Source: Haplodiscus bocki (taxonomy: Eukaryota). Taken from it: a stretch of 64,000 bases of DNA. Location: NCBI GenBank assembly GCA_965655095.1, contig OZ296651.1, positions 53,258,001-53,322,000 on the forward strand, read 5' to 3'. Below, piece by piece: positions 26,570 to 39,192 of the stretch. A program made the position numbers and the translations under genes. The notes under the pieces are model-generated. The model was given only the letters and a program-made list of their open reading frames with translations. It had not been told where the DNA came from and did no database searches. The first letter of the stretch is position 1. Every line of letters begins with the position of its first letter.

Positions 26570-27499
26570 TTTTCTAGCACTCTTCGTACCTTATTTTGAT
26601 CTCTAAGTATGTTTCAGCAATGACTAGGTGTTTGGCTTGACTAATGAACCCTGCGAAGAAGTTTCTTACTTTCCATGGACATGGATAGAAAGATGATTCA
26701 CACAAAAACACTGTTTCGAAGGCAGCTTGTTGTAGAATTTTCTGAAGAATAAGCAATCCGAATATTTCTAAGACTTTTTCGAAGTCTTTGTGATTAAGAA
26801 TATTTCCAAGAAAAAACAATTCGAATAATTCAAAAGATGTTTGGATGGCAATTTTGTCTGAGAATAATATCAATAATAGGAGAAGAATGGTTTCTAAGTT
26901 TTAGGGGAAAGGCAAAGCTTCCTGAAAATAATAGAAGTAAGTTGGTGGTAAGAAAGTGGCATGTCCAGGAAGTGGTTCCTGTTAAAAGAGAAAGAATCTT
27001 CTCATATTTTTAGGTTGCGCCTGGAGACTCTAGAATTCCCACTTCAACCAGCCGACAGGATTTTAGCGCCTAGCAACTGCGTAAGAAGCATCAGGATCAC
27101 AAGCCAAGGAATCAGCAAATAGAATGGTGGGAAATTAGGGATGGTCACTCGTACTATGTGTGATCAGAGGTATGGTGGTAGCAAACAGGAAATTTTACAT
27201 ACCAACCATGTTGGTAGCGTGTATAACGCGTATCAGGCACGGTGTCGAGTTTTTCAAACTTTAAAATGTACAATTCCAATTTTGTTAGTCCTCTTCGCCC
27301 ACTCAACTCCTCAAAATTGTAACTCATATTTTTTTTTGTTTTATTACTGCACCGTTTAGCGTTATGCTAACGCGACACCAATTTCAATTTGCAAGTCGTT
27401 TTGCTCAGTCCCTGCTCTTGACTAATTAAATAAACGCTTAAGTACGATTATAATTGCGTCCTACGTTCGGTCACGTAACACACGAGCCCAGGAATAACA
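26570..27499 (+). mobile_element. Ty3/Gypsy 3' remnant: integrase C-terminus, PPT and 3' LTR (27142-27499)
   Basis: A decayed integrase-like frame is followed by the purine-rich GGTGGGAAATTAGGGA and then TG at 27142. The unit contains AATTAAATAAA and ends GGAATAACA at 27499. Confidence 0.5.
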
Positions 27500-28891
27500 T
27501 CTAAAGAATTACGTCTAAATTCATTTACGGAATAACTTCTAAGGCCATGACATGCTCTTTCCGTATATTAAAACCTTGAGTTTTAGACACTATTCTTGTA
27601 GACAATATTTCTGAGGGATTTTCAGACGTTAGTTTTAGATGGTATTACATCACCTTGACGACGTGAACCTTGTGCAATCAGTAACCATTCTCGCTTGCTG
27701 GCTGTGAAGTACAGCAGAGGACATTACTTTGTAAACCTATCTTTTTGTAAATCTGTCGCATCTAAAAAATTGAATTCGTTTTCTTTTCCTTCAGATTACA
27801 AAATGTCAGTTCAATTTTTCGTAGATTGTACCCCATGATTTGTAAGGAAATCGTTTCTTAAGCGCAAAACCAACTGTAGTTTCATCAAGAATCGCCTTTG
27901 GAAAAAGTCTGTACTTGGCAAAAAGATTGAACAATCAGCACTCGATAGTCGGGAAATTCACAGAGAATGAGCTTGAGATTTCAGCTCATTAGCACGTTTT
28001 TCACCAAATAAAATCTCAGATGAATCTGTTTCATCAGAAGTAACGTCTGCGATACAATTAATTTAACAAATACTGAATCTCAAATCCATGAAAATCCAGC
28101 TCAGCTTCTATTACTAGACTCTCTCGTCCGATGATGACTGTGTCTTAGTTATTGGCATCAATAACTCTTTTCTGATTTTAATGTGAGTATGAACTTGATG
28201 CTTTGCTTGCCTTTGGGTTGTCTTTGATTCAGGATAAAAAGGTAATTGGCCTGGTATTAGAAGGGACCATTTTTGAATGGATCTGTAAAGAAATCAATCC
28301 TCTTAGTTCGCAAATCTATAGGCCGATGGAATTACAACTGTTTTTGATGCGGTGATTTGCGGTCTTCTTCAATTTCAAAGAACTTCTAAGCACCTTCTTT
28401 ATGCGTAAATTGATCATCAGGTCAAAATTTTTGCCAATGGACTCTTATGATCAAAAGCAATTCTGACCAATTTAAAGTGATTACATTTCAAAAAAGTGTT
28501 GGTAATTGTTGCAAATCAAAGATGACTTTGATGTGTTGAAACAAAATAGCCAAACTTTTTCTAGAAATCAAAACCCAGTGTTTTTTGAAAAGCGGGAAAA
28601 AGTGCCTCCTAGGGTGCCTTTCTGGACGCACTAAGTCATGCTTTAGTTCACACCAATATAAATTATGCTGTTGGATGAAAAGAAATCAAACAATTTCTTA
28701 GGGTAGCAGGAAGGGGGTATTTTCACTTCTAATCATTGTTCAGACGTCGACCCTTAGTTTCCTTTTCCAGCTTGTCTCTCCACTCACTCTCCGTTGTCCG
28801 TAAGACGTAAACAGAATACTTCTTGATTTGGCTGATATTGAACTTGAGCATTTTCCACTGTTTCTCAAATCGGTGCACATTAACAACATAC

Positions 28892-28922
28892 ATGGATGAC
28901 GGCTCCAGCTCTAATCAGTCAG
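28892..28922 (+). CDS. Putative first coding exon of the Sushi-domain membrane protein gene (MDDGSSSNQS, phase 1)
   Basis: ATG at 28892 and donor G|GTAAAGT at 28922/3. Phase 1 joins in frame to exon 32937 (G+AC = Asp). An in-frame stop lies upstream at 28808; the exon may extend 5' (see findings). Confidence 0.55.
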
Positions 28923-31504
28923 GTAAAGTTAGTGCAACCTCTTAAACCCTGCGTGCTATTTACCCTACCCTCCGAATTATCCACATTTTCTCCAAATCCA
29001 GAACACTTCTTGGGAATACTTGTTACAACGTGCGTGGATTAAGCAAAAATCTCACCTGATTAGAATCTGTGTGTTCTGTTGAAAGGAGACGAGACTAACA
29101 AAAATGGCCGCTCTACATCCGTATAGCGATTTGTATATTGGCACTGTTCCCATACATATAGAATTTGAACGCAGCGCGAATATACAGAATATACAAGTAG
29201 CCCATTGCTTGAACATACAATATAAAGAGAGTACCATCAAATTAAATTTTATTGCGATACCTTGGCATACTGCTGGATTAACACCCATTCCCTCCGTTTT
29301 TCAGAGTGTTCCAACAATTAATCAAAGGCCACTGATATCCAAACGTTTTATCCAACGCACATAAGGCGCTATTCAAACAGTTTTTTTTAATGTGGTTCCC
29401 AAATCTGGCCGTAAAATGTCATTTGGGCCTGGAAATTTTTGTCTTTTATTTTGAATCTTTTCACATTTTTTATTTAATTATCAAAGAAAGGACATTTTCT
29501 ATTGCTTCTCACAAACTATGACTCCAATTAGAAAAATGGTTCTGAGCTAACAAACTAAAAACGATTTTAGTTTTCGAACCAATTTCCGCAATTTTTATCT
29601 TGATGAGCGCATATCCGCAAACAGTTTAACAACAAATCGATTTTCAATCTGCAAACGGAGCTATCACGAATCAGTTTTTTGACTTCTCTAAACTCAAATT
29701 TTTCTGTTTGTGATAAACTTTTCACACACCACGCGGCGATTGAAGCCATGACAGGCTTGCCATGATGAAGACAAACAAGCCATGAATGGATAGAGTCGGT
29801 TCCGACTGTAAAGCTCAATATACGCTTATACTGACTCGGGGAGCTCTTGTTGTTTTGAAGAGTTTTCCTAAGAGAATTTTGTAGACGAAAGAAAAGTATA
29901 GTAATCCCTCTAGTTTTCACGATCGTTCGCGCAGCATTTTGGGTGGATAATTGAGAGTGGGCCCGAACTCAATACTCAATTATCATTTTTCAACAATGAA
30001 AAGTCCCATGTCCAATCATTTTGCCATGATTTGCGTATAAAAGAGGTTGAAGGTATATTTACCTCAGTCAAAAAGCATGCATGGTAAGCTGGCTGAACTG
30101 GCGGATATTAGAGTGACGGATGATTGAGTTATAGCTGGAAGGTATCACGAATTTTTTTTTATCCTTTATGTCGAAAAAAAATTGGAATCAAAATTTTGGC
30201 TGTTTTCCGAGAAAATTCAGTATATCAACATTAAGTTTAATAATCAGTTGATTTTCCGCCAGTAAGCGGAGAAGGTTTAGGCGGATAATCGAGGGTGTTG
30301 GCTGTCCAAGAGTGGGTCTCAGCTCGATTGTTTTATTTTCAAAATTGAAACGTCAATATTATTGTAACCGTTTTGTTGAGGTTGGCGCATAATCGAGTTT
30401 TCCGGCTTTTTACCTCAGGCAAAAAGATGCTGGCAAAGGTGGCGTATTGTGGATTTTTGAGTGGCGGATATTTGAGGGATACGTGCATCACAATTTTTTT
30501 TCGAATTTGTAAATTTTGGGAGGTGTGGTACAATTCGTAGTATCAGTACCTGCAGTTTGACCCATTTGACTAAATTCTGTACAAAGTCAAATAGACGTCG
30601 CACGTTCAGCTCAAAATACCTATGGGGATTTTTTTTTGCTATCATAAAATTCGACAATTTTTGTTCCATGTGTTTGAAAAGCTAAAATTCATTTATTTAG
30701 AAACAAATTCGACATCTTGTCTCGAGCCCTTATCTATGGCTTAAAAACCTTTTGTTCTACCCTCTAGACCACCCGGGCCTTCGAAGGTACCAATCACTTT
30801 GGCTTGAGAGTGTAGAAATTCTGTGAAGCTACATCGTTTTCGACGTACTTGAAAAACAAAAAGAACCAAAAGTCACTGTAATAGTCGGGAACTTTTTCTT
30901 CTACAAAGAGCCGACTAAAAAGTGCTTCTTCTTCTGATACCAGCGAACGGTCGTCTGATAAGTTGATCAGTTTTTCACTCGAGATTGCCGACACAGTCCT
31001 CATCATGGATCTTTATGACAACTTTACTGAGCTTGGCATGGCTTCGTTTCGATCACTGGGCTGTTTTATCATCGTGCTTGTTTGTTCATAAATTAAAGAT
31101 TCATTTTCACTGTATTGTCAGAATATGAACTTGTAAACCTCACTAAAAATGGTAATAAAACAATCATGTTTTGAGAGTCTTCATTTCTTGTTTTTCAATA
31201 GAATCCATACATTCATTTATTGTAACGTTCGTACGGAGAGACACTTTTCCTTAAAACAAAGCATAATCATTTTTACACGCTTCGAACAGCTCAGCTCAAA
31301 CTCCTTCCAGTTTTCTGAGCTTATTCCGGTTAAGTAGCTCTCTGAAAGCATTTCTGGTGTTTCTGTTGTTCCATTTTTGAATGAAACAAACTTTGAATCT
31401 GGTCTTGGGCCAAAGTTTCAACATTTTGTACCATCATTTGCCTTCACGGGTTCGGCGTCTTTATTCTCAGAATAAAATTAAAATTTTGATCTTTTCTGGT
31501 AACT

Positions 31505-31630
31505 CCCCCTTCTGATTTAACTCCCTCTACACTATAATGGATATGCGAAATAATAAGCGGCGTAATGGTTTAACTCAGGCTCGAGTGAATCTTAGCAAAT
31601 CAGCGAAGAGTTTGCTTCTGCGTGGGGCGG
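31505..31630 (+). repeat. Dispersed repeat, related copy at ~45135-45265
   Basis: cggcgtaatg.tt.aa.t...gtga.t.ttag..aatcag..aag..tttg.tt.tgcgtg is shared by both loci. Confidence 0.6.
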
Positions 31631-31684
31631 GGGCAGGGTAAAATTCTGGTTACTGCTGTACTACTGGTGGGGGGGGGGGGGGGG
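31624..31684 (+). repeat. G-rich tract with a G16 run (G-quadruplex potential) in intron 1
   Basis: GGGGCGGGGGCAGGG at 31624-31638 and 16 consecutive G at 31669-31684. Confidence 0.8.
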
Positions 31685-32936
31685 TTAACAGAAAAGATCG
31701 CAAAATTCGATCATGATGCTTCTATGTATAATATTAAATGGGATCTAATTGCGCTCTTTTTTAAGATTGACAACAACTTCCGAGATATGAAAAAGGTAAA
31801 AATTGCAAAATTAGGTCTATTAGCAATTGTCCCGTACAATAATGTTACAATTAATGTTACATTAAGGGTACAATTGTTCCCTTCATCTCAATACATTCAC
31901 TGCATTAGTAATTTTATTTTATTGGCATGCCATACTCAGTTATGACCTCTAAATGTTTTGACATTGCCTTTCTGACAAATTAAAGTTGCTTCCGGTAGAA
32001 ATGAAATTAAAACTACATGTAGATCAAGGAAGCATATTATTAAATAGTTATATCAGAAACTTTGAACCGATTTCTTAAAATGTCACTTTGGATAATGAAA
32101 TTTCGGTAGACAACCAAATTTGATGAACGAATCCTATTATCTGTCAGCCACCTGACTAATTTTTGGAAGAATTTTCCGTATGACCTAATTTTTTTTCTCA
32201 TTTTCGTTCACAACCTGAAATATGCTTAAAGACTATTTCTATTAGTGATTGAAATTTTTTGAAGCTAGTGCAATTTTCGATAACAGCTGTAATCAAAAAT
32301 TACAAGACTCAAAACACCATACAGTTACAGTTTTTTCAAAGATATTTAAAAATCTTTTGGGTTTTCAACAAAAAATGTGATGATTTTCAAGAGTTTTCAT
32401 CAAAATAGATTTGAGGAAATTCTCAACTTTCCTCGAACTGATATCGGTAATTGAACCTGAAAATCACCTCATCGTCATTATCACGACGGACTCCGATCGC
32501 CAAAAATTGAGAAATGTGAAGAGTGATCGTACTATTCACTAGTAAACACATTTGAAGATGAAAAATTTGTTTAAGCTTTGATTCCCCAAAGGTGTAAATT
32601 CCCAAGATCGTTTTCGATCTTTCAAAATTGGGGTATAAAATTTTGTAAGTAATTTTGCCGAAAAATCGGGAACTTTCTGAAACCCACTTTTGATTTCTCA
32701 AAATCTAAGGTCCTCCCAAGGGTCACCAGATTCGAAAATTTTTCCATGGAATTTTATTTTCATCTCAACTGTGGACAACGTATACATTATCCGGAATCCA
32801 GAAAGCTGTTTGTATTTTTTTAAAGTGGACAAATTTGACTGTTGGTATTTAAACGCGTCTGGTTAGATGAAGCGTCACTTACTGGCCTGGTTACGATGCT
32901 TGATTTACAACAGGATCAATTCCTCTTCTATTCCAG

Positions 32937-33158
32937 ACACGATTTGCCACCGTCCCAACTTGCATACTTCTGTGGTCGTGAAACCCAATCTGGAAACATA
33001 TCCCAATGGCACCCAAGTTACCTTCTTCTGCAAGAGTCCCTCTGATGCAGGCACCAATGTGCCCCTCAGGTTATTTGGCTCAGAGTGGGCACGATGTTGC
33101 TCAACCTCCTCTCAGTGGAGCTATCAGTTTGACGGGGTGCCTCCCTACTGCGAAACTG
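32937..33158 (+). CDS. Exon encoding one Sushi/CCP (SCR) domain
   Basis: Acceptor tcctcttctattccAG and donor G|GTGAGT give a symmetric phase 1-1 exon, typical of CCP modules. Translation DTICHRP...YPNGTQVTFFC...LFGSEWARCC..SSQWS...PPYCET fits the C-P / Y..G..V.F.C / G...C / W...P.C pattern. Confidence 0.88.
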
Positions 33159-35599
33159 GTGAGTTATGAACATCAGTTAGTTATGAGAAAATTAAGCCAG
33201 CCTGAAAATGGCAGCGAGTACAAAGGTGTGGGTATAAGTCCGATTGATCATGCGATTTTGAAAAGGAACACTTGAATTTTTAGTGTACCTGTCCTTTCAA
33301 GAATACAAATACCATAAAAAGACAAAAGAAGGCAGTACAATAAGTAGAAAAATCTCTCGAAATTTGCTTCGCTCTCGTTGGGTTTAGAAGAATACTTTTT
33401 AGACTTTAAAGAGTAGTCTAGTGGTTGATACTTTTATTTATTTTATTTTCGGAAATGTAGCTACTGATAGCTACAAACAACAAAAAGAAGAACAAATGAT
33501 TTCAACGAAAGTGATTCCATTTTCAAATTGCTGGAAAACGTGCGTTCGACAGTCGCTAGTACATTGTAAATATTATGCTTCTAAAAATGTCTGCAAATGG
33601 TTCTGCAGCAAAATACTGAAGGATCAACAGATAGTGATTTTTGCAGGTGTTGATTACCTACAGTTTTTGCTTAAAATTTCCCGCAATATCTCAAGCAAAT
33701 TAGGAGCAAAATTTACTAAAATGAAGTTGTTATGAGTACAAAACGCCCCATACTCTGAACTTTTTCAGGCGAGTGAAGCAAAACCTTTTGAGGCGTTCAT
33801 GGGCTTCTGGGATCGGCTAGGCCTATTTTTTTTGTACATCCTGTGCAGTATGTGTGGTCTACAAAGAAAACGTCTTTCGCCCACTGCGTTTTTCAAGATT
33901 CACGCGCTGTATCTCACAGGGTATTGCTCAAAGCGTTCTAGTCTTCTAAAAACCTGCACGGCAAGGTCTTAACTGATCATATACCAAACCTTCAGCGTCC
34001 GAATTTCTTTTGCTAAGAAGTTATTGAGCAAAAATCAGTCGAATACGCCAAAAAACTTTAGGGACAAATCATCAAATTTGATGATATCAATAAAAAGTGC
34101 ACATGGTGGAATTGACATGAACTCAAGTTATACTGTTGTTATGTTACTTTTCAAAAATTTTCCACTTTTGTCTGTCGGAACATTCTACGTAAAACATGTG
34201 AAAATTTAGTTTTCCGACATGTCCTTCGCAAACAGATTTGTTAAAACAGTGGTTGGTTTGAATCCCTCATTGATTGATTCTTAGGGGGATTTGGACAAAA
34301 TGGCGTGTCAGATTTGGAGCGTTTTTGTTGGCGGCGTTTCCGCGGAAAAAATTTGCGTAAAGCTCCAAAATCGTGTTCTGTGGTAATTTCATCAACTTTA
34401 AGGTCGTCAAATGGCTTCATTGACGTAATTTTTTTGTTGATCAAGCGGCTAGAGACATAACACAATATCAAGTGTTAAGCACTCTTTCCTGGGTTTATTT
34501 GACGATGTTTTAGTGGTGAAATTTTGACAGAGTTGCAGTAAGTGTTGCAAACGTTTCTAGGAATGTGCAGTTTTTTCGATATGATACGAAAGTGCTAGCT
34601 TAAAGATCTATCAAGATGCCAACCCAGATGTCTTTCTCTGCCTTTTACGAGGACTGGTGGTCAAGGAAGTTAGTTCCGGCTCAGATGACTTGTAAAAATT
34701 ATGGAAAATACTTGCAAGAAATTTTTGAAGGTTTCTTTCATTCTTCGCACACCCTGCAGCCTCCAGGGACTGCAACGAATCTCCCTGATCGCTAAGTTTG
34801 TCGCAGGCTGGCGACTTGGTTTTCATGGGCCGTGCGCACAGCACTTTGCGTACATGTTTTTAATTGAATTCAAACTCATGTTTACTGCAGTTTTCTACCA
34901 AAAAGTTTCTGCTCGCCCTTATTGGACAATGACAAAAAGGTAAACATACTTTTGACCAAGGAAGTAGATTTTATTGGAAAGAAGCCAAAATCAGTCAAAG
35001 TTGGTGTTGCATGTAAAGATCGAAATACTTGAAAAGGAGCCGTTGACTTCCTGTCAGTTTTGCTCGTCCCTTCACGGAAATTTAATCCAACAACGAGAGA
35101 CAATCGAGAGTGAATAACTGAGAGTGACAACAATAAAGCCACAACAAGTGTCGCTTGTCACGCAGACTTTAGTTTACGTAGCACACTTTCAGCCTCCTTC
35201 TGCGTTGCCAGTTCCCATTTTGAGCCTTGCATAATACAAAAATGTGTTTTCACTGCTGCGAGTTAGCCAACTCCGAGAGTTCGAATCCCTCTAGGAGTTG
35301 TTTCTCTTAAAATGAGTCTAGATATTCTCATGCATTTCCTGATTTTTTCATAGAAACAAAAACGGTGTTTTGGATATTGTTCAAGATTTTTTGATACATG
35401 GATTCAGTAAGTACGGGTAATCTCGATTGAAACAAATGGCCCTTTTCCAAAATTCTTCCAACAAGTGTCGGTTTTTTCCTCTCCCCTGCAAAGCCGAATA
35501 CTTATGAATACTTTTACAAAAAAAATATTATGATTTTGAATAAAGATCGTTTTTCGAGAGTTCAATATCCCGTTTTTTCGCCATATTCCTGTTTTTTTT

Positions 35600-37450
35600 T
35601 AATAATCACTAAAACACCCGTACATTGATTAGATATTGTTTGTTTGGATCAGTAGTTGCGATATCACTATACTGTGGGAGTGCGATGCGGAATTAAATCT
35701 CAATTTTTTGCACACAGGTACCGGCTGGATTATTTCCGACAAGTTTCCGATGATTTACCAACATTCAAAAAACCGTTGATTTTGTAGCTGAATTCAAAAT
35801 CCTAATGTGCCAAAAACGTCAGAGATAGCAACTAGTTTTGACTTCTTGCTGTTTTTTCAGTCATTTTGCCAAAACTACCGACTAGATTGCATCAGTTGAA
35901 TTTCAGTCATCAATTTTTCAATTTTAAAAGCAGTGCATTTGAAGACTATAAAAGTTTTGTGTGAAAATGCCAGAATTATTTTACGTAATGTTTCTCACTG
36001 GTTTTCATATTATATTTTCACCATATTTATGGGCCGGATTACCTTCATTAAGGTCCTAATCAACAGTGTTTCACTTGGAGAGGCATTTCTAATTACGTCA
36101 TCGCTTATTATCCGTCTTCCATAGGAATCCTGATATGCCAAAAAATCAAACAGTGCAAATAATGTTTTTTTTTGCCGAATAAGACCTCCTTTTGATTCAT
36201 TTACAGGCTGGACTTCTTCAATGCATTTCTCAAACAACAGTTCTTTTTACCTGTAGGGGAACAACAACTTCAGAAAATAATTTTTTACGTCGAATTCTTG
36301 CTAGGTGGAAAGTTTCGTTGGTCACCATAACTGGTATCTGAATTATATCCATCAAAATCTCAACTAACCGTAATTCAATCGTAGAAAAGTCTTGTACTAT
36401 TTCAATGTGACTTTGGCATCGAAATCGGAATCTTGACATGTCCAATGTGCACAAATGGCAGAAAGAACTGCCAACTTTCGAAAGTCAAGCTCGTTTTTCA
36501 CCCCATTTACCGTTTTATTTTCATCCATCCAAATTTTGAATCGCCAGCCTGCTTTTTCTATAAGAAGAACTTTCTTAGAAAATCCTGTTTCTAGGTTCTC
36601 AGCATCGAAATCCTGAGCTACCGAAAATGGCAGAAAGTGCAATCAGTAGTAATTTTCCCCGATTGTCAAATTCAAACTTCGCCATAATTATCGGCTGCAT
36701 TACTTCCATCAAGTTCCCAAAATCACCAAACTCCTAGTAGCAGAACTTTTTCAACGATACCACCTGCAAATCTCCGTCTTGCATCGGAGTTCTGAAATGC
36801 AGAGCATGCCAAAAAAAATTGCTATAGTTTTGTTTTTCCATAATACTCAAATTGTTTTTTTTCGGTATACTACCGGCTGAGTTGCATCGATCATTGACAC
36901 AATCAATTATTCTCTGCTTTCAGAAGCTTTTGCATTTAAATGTTTTCTGATTTTGGGTTGCCCAAGGAATGTTAAAAGGTCAAACTTTCACCAATTGCTT
37001 TTACTTTTCTCGTTTTTGAAACTCAAATGTCTCCCAGTTTACCGGCTTGATTGCTTCTATCCAGGATGAATCTTTAGCTTACTATTTGCAAACGGTTGTT
37101 CAATTAAAAGTGTTGAAGTTTTCGTTTTTTTTCAATATCGTGTGTACCCAAAAGTACTGGTTTGATATTCTCCATCAAAGTCAGAAATATATGCGGTGAG
37201 TTTCCTCCCATCGGTTTCATGGTAGCCCCACCATGCCAAATTTTACAATTAGTAATGACCTTCCGTCATACCCAATTTCATTTTCCTCATCGGCTTGGTT
37301 TCAACCACAAAAATTTTCATGGACAGAAGTTTAAGAGGCAACTGCTCATGAAAGGTACCTAGTTGAATAATTTTGTGCTGGAAGCCTCATAACTCGCAAT
37401 AGCCAAAAACTGATTTTTTTATATTTTTGGAGCAGCCTTCCATCCAAGGT
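35600..37450 (-). mobile_element. Probable Polinton/adintovirus-like remnant: integrase, then minor capsid (penton), then major capsid start; lies in intron 2
   Basis: Minus strand, in order: integrase-like FWLLRV..LPAQNYSTRYLS.AV…FLWLKP (~37300-37420); penton-like DGDLQVVSLKKFCY (cf. GEWEVALxEISYP, ~36740-36790); ETFHLARIRRKKLFSEVVVPL..KRTV (cf. FHSIxIxLRxxxGExVPF…T, 36230-36330). Broken by stops and frameshifts. Confidence 0.4.
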
Positions 37451-38335
37451 ATTGGAATCTTAGTCAAAATTATCTGATGTATTTCTGATCACTCCCTTCC
37501 TTGCTTCGTTGACAGAAAATACCGCCGTTCCACGGTGCCTCTTGTTGATGATTAGTCTATGTTGTCAAGCGGTAGATACGGTTTCAAATTCAATCTGGAA
37601 CACATTTTTCGAGCTTTAAAAATGAATCTGCCTGTTGAAAAGTTGATTACCTTTTGTGCGGCTGCAATGTTAATTTCCTGCTTTTTGTAAAAATTCCTCT
37701 ACGAATTCCCAACATTTTGAGAACTTTTCATGAAAAATCCATTTGCTGTCTTGGATATAATTTTCAGTGTCAACCAAAAATCTAAAGCTTAATAAGTATG
37801 AATTTCTCGACACATAAAAGTTTTGGTTTTTAAGGTGTTTTTAGGTCAGTGTAAAGATTTTTAAGAAGCTTTAAGGTTTCTGGAAAACTTTGTTTTCATG
37901 GAAAAACTTCGTTTTTGTGTCACAACTTCGTTTTTTTCGAAATTATCCCGCAATAGCCAAATGGCGAGTTATGGAACGTTTCACAGAAAAAATTTTGGCA
38001 TCTTGCAGGTTGTTTTGAGAGTTTCAAGATTTTGGAGGTAAATTTCCAGTTTGTAGAAAAAGTGATCATTCAGTAAAAATTTTCAATTTAAAAATTAGTC
38101 CGAGATTCTACAGTTGAAAGGAAAGTCTGTTTTTAGCTGTCTTACAATGAATATTTTACAGTTGTTCAGGAAACTTTTTACAAGCCAGTGGACTCTAACA
38201 GGGAGAAAATTTACTGGGAAGTTTGTTTCAATTTTGTTTCATCAATCAATATATTCATTTTTTTCAATTTCTATGTTATCCAAACAACCTTGAGATTGTC
38301 ACTGAGCAAAAATTTTTTGCTGAAGTATTGAACAA

Positions 38336-39192
38336 CCCGGTTTAAAGTTCCAATGATAATTAGCTGTTTCAGAGATTTGACGTTTTTGAGCGCAGATTTA
38401 GAGAACATCAAAAACATTAGCGTTGATCAGCGCTGTTTTGGAGCTGATCAGTATTGATTTTTCTCTGCAGAGGGCTGCTCAGAAGTGAAAAGTTCAGCGC
38501 TGATTTTCTTACCTCTGAAAAATAAGTTTTCAGCACCAAGCAGCACTGATTTACTTTGAATCAGCTCTGATATTTACACATGTAGATGAGAATATCAAAA
38601 TGTGATAACGTAGTCAGAAGTGATGAAAAGGCATGAAGTAGTCATTAAAATGGCATTCCTTTATGGGATTGGAAATTTCAGTAAAATGGTATCTGAAAAA
38701 ATGTAAATTTCTCCATTTTTTGCAAAGACAGCAAAAACCCAGATTTCTGGGAATAATCTTTAAATAAATTTCATCCCACTAAACGTGAAAATGATTGCGA
38801 AAATTTGAACCATTTTAATTTTATTACTTGAACAGTAACCATAAACCCAAAAATTTGGTTTTTGCGTGATATCATGGCCCGTGGGAAGATTTAATTTGTT
38901 GTTTTTCCTTTTCGTAGAATGGGGCGAAACTAACAACTATGTGCCTCGAAATTGATTTTAAATATGACAGAAAAATGAACGAAAAAATGTCATTGCGAAT
39001 CAGCTGTGTTAGCGTTGTTTCAGGAAAATCGGTGCCGATTTTTGGCTCTGAAAATTTTCGTTGTCAGCGCTGTTCAGAGCTAAATCACCGCTGTTTAAAG
39101 ACTTTCAAGTAATGAATAGCGTTAAAACAGACCTGAAGTTATTCTGAATCAGAGCTGATCAGCGCTGAATGTCTCTGAGACGTCAACCCGGG
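38336..39192. mobile_element. MITE / non-autonomous DNA transposon (~857 bp) in intron 2
   Basis: The imperfect TIRs CCCGGTTTAAAGTTCC and GAGACGTCAACCCGGG are flanked by AA on both sides. Many subterminal TCAGCGCTG(A)-type palindromic motifs occur at both ends, and there is no ORF. Confidence 0.65.

Noticed and set aside
29700-29830. HEWIESVPTVKLNIR resembling Gypsy integrase WxxxLPxVLLGIR
   Set aside because: It is a single short motif with no supporting neighbours, too weak to annotate.
31622-31945. 107-aa ORF with a poly-Gly stretch
   Set aside because: It starts at GTG, the Gly run comes from the G16 homopolymer, and it has no fitting splice sites or domain.
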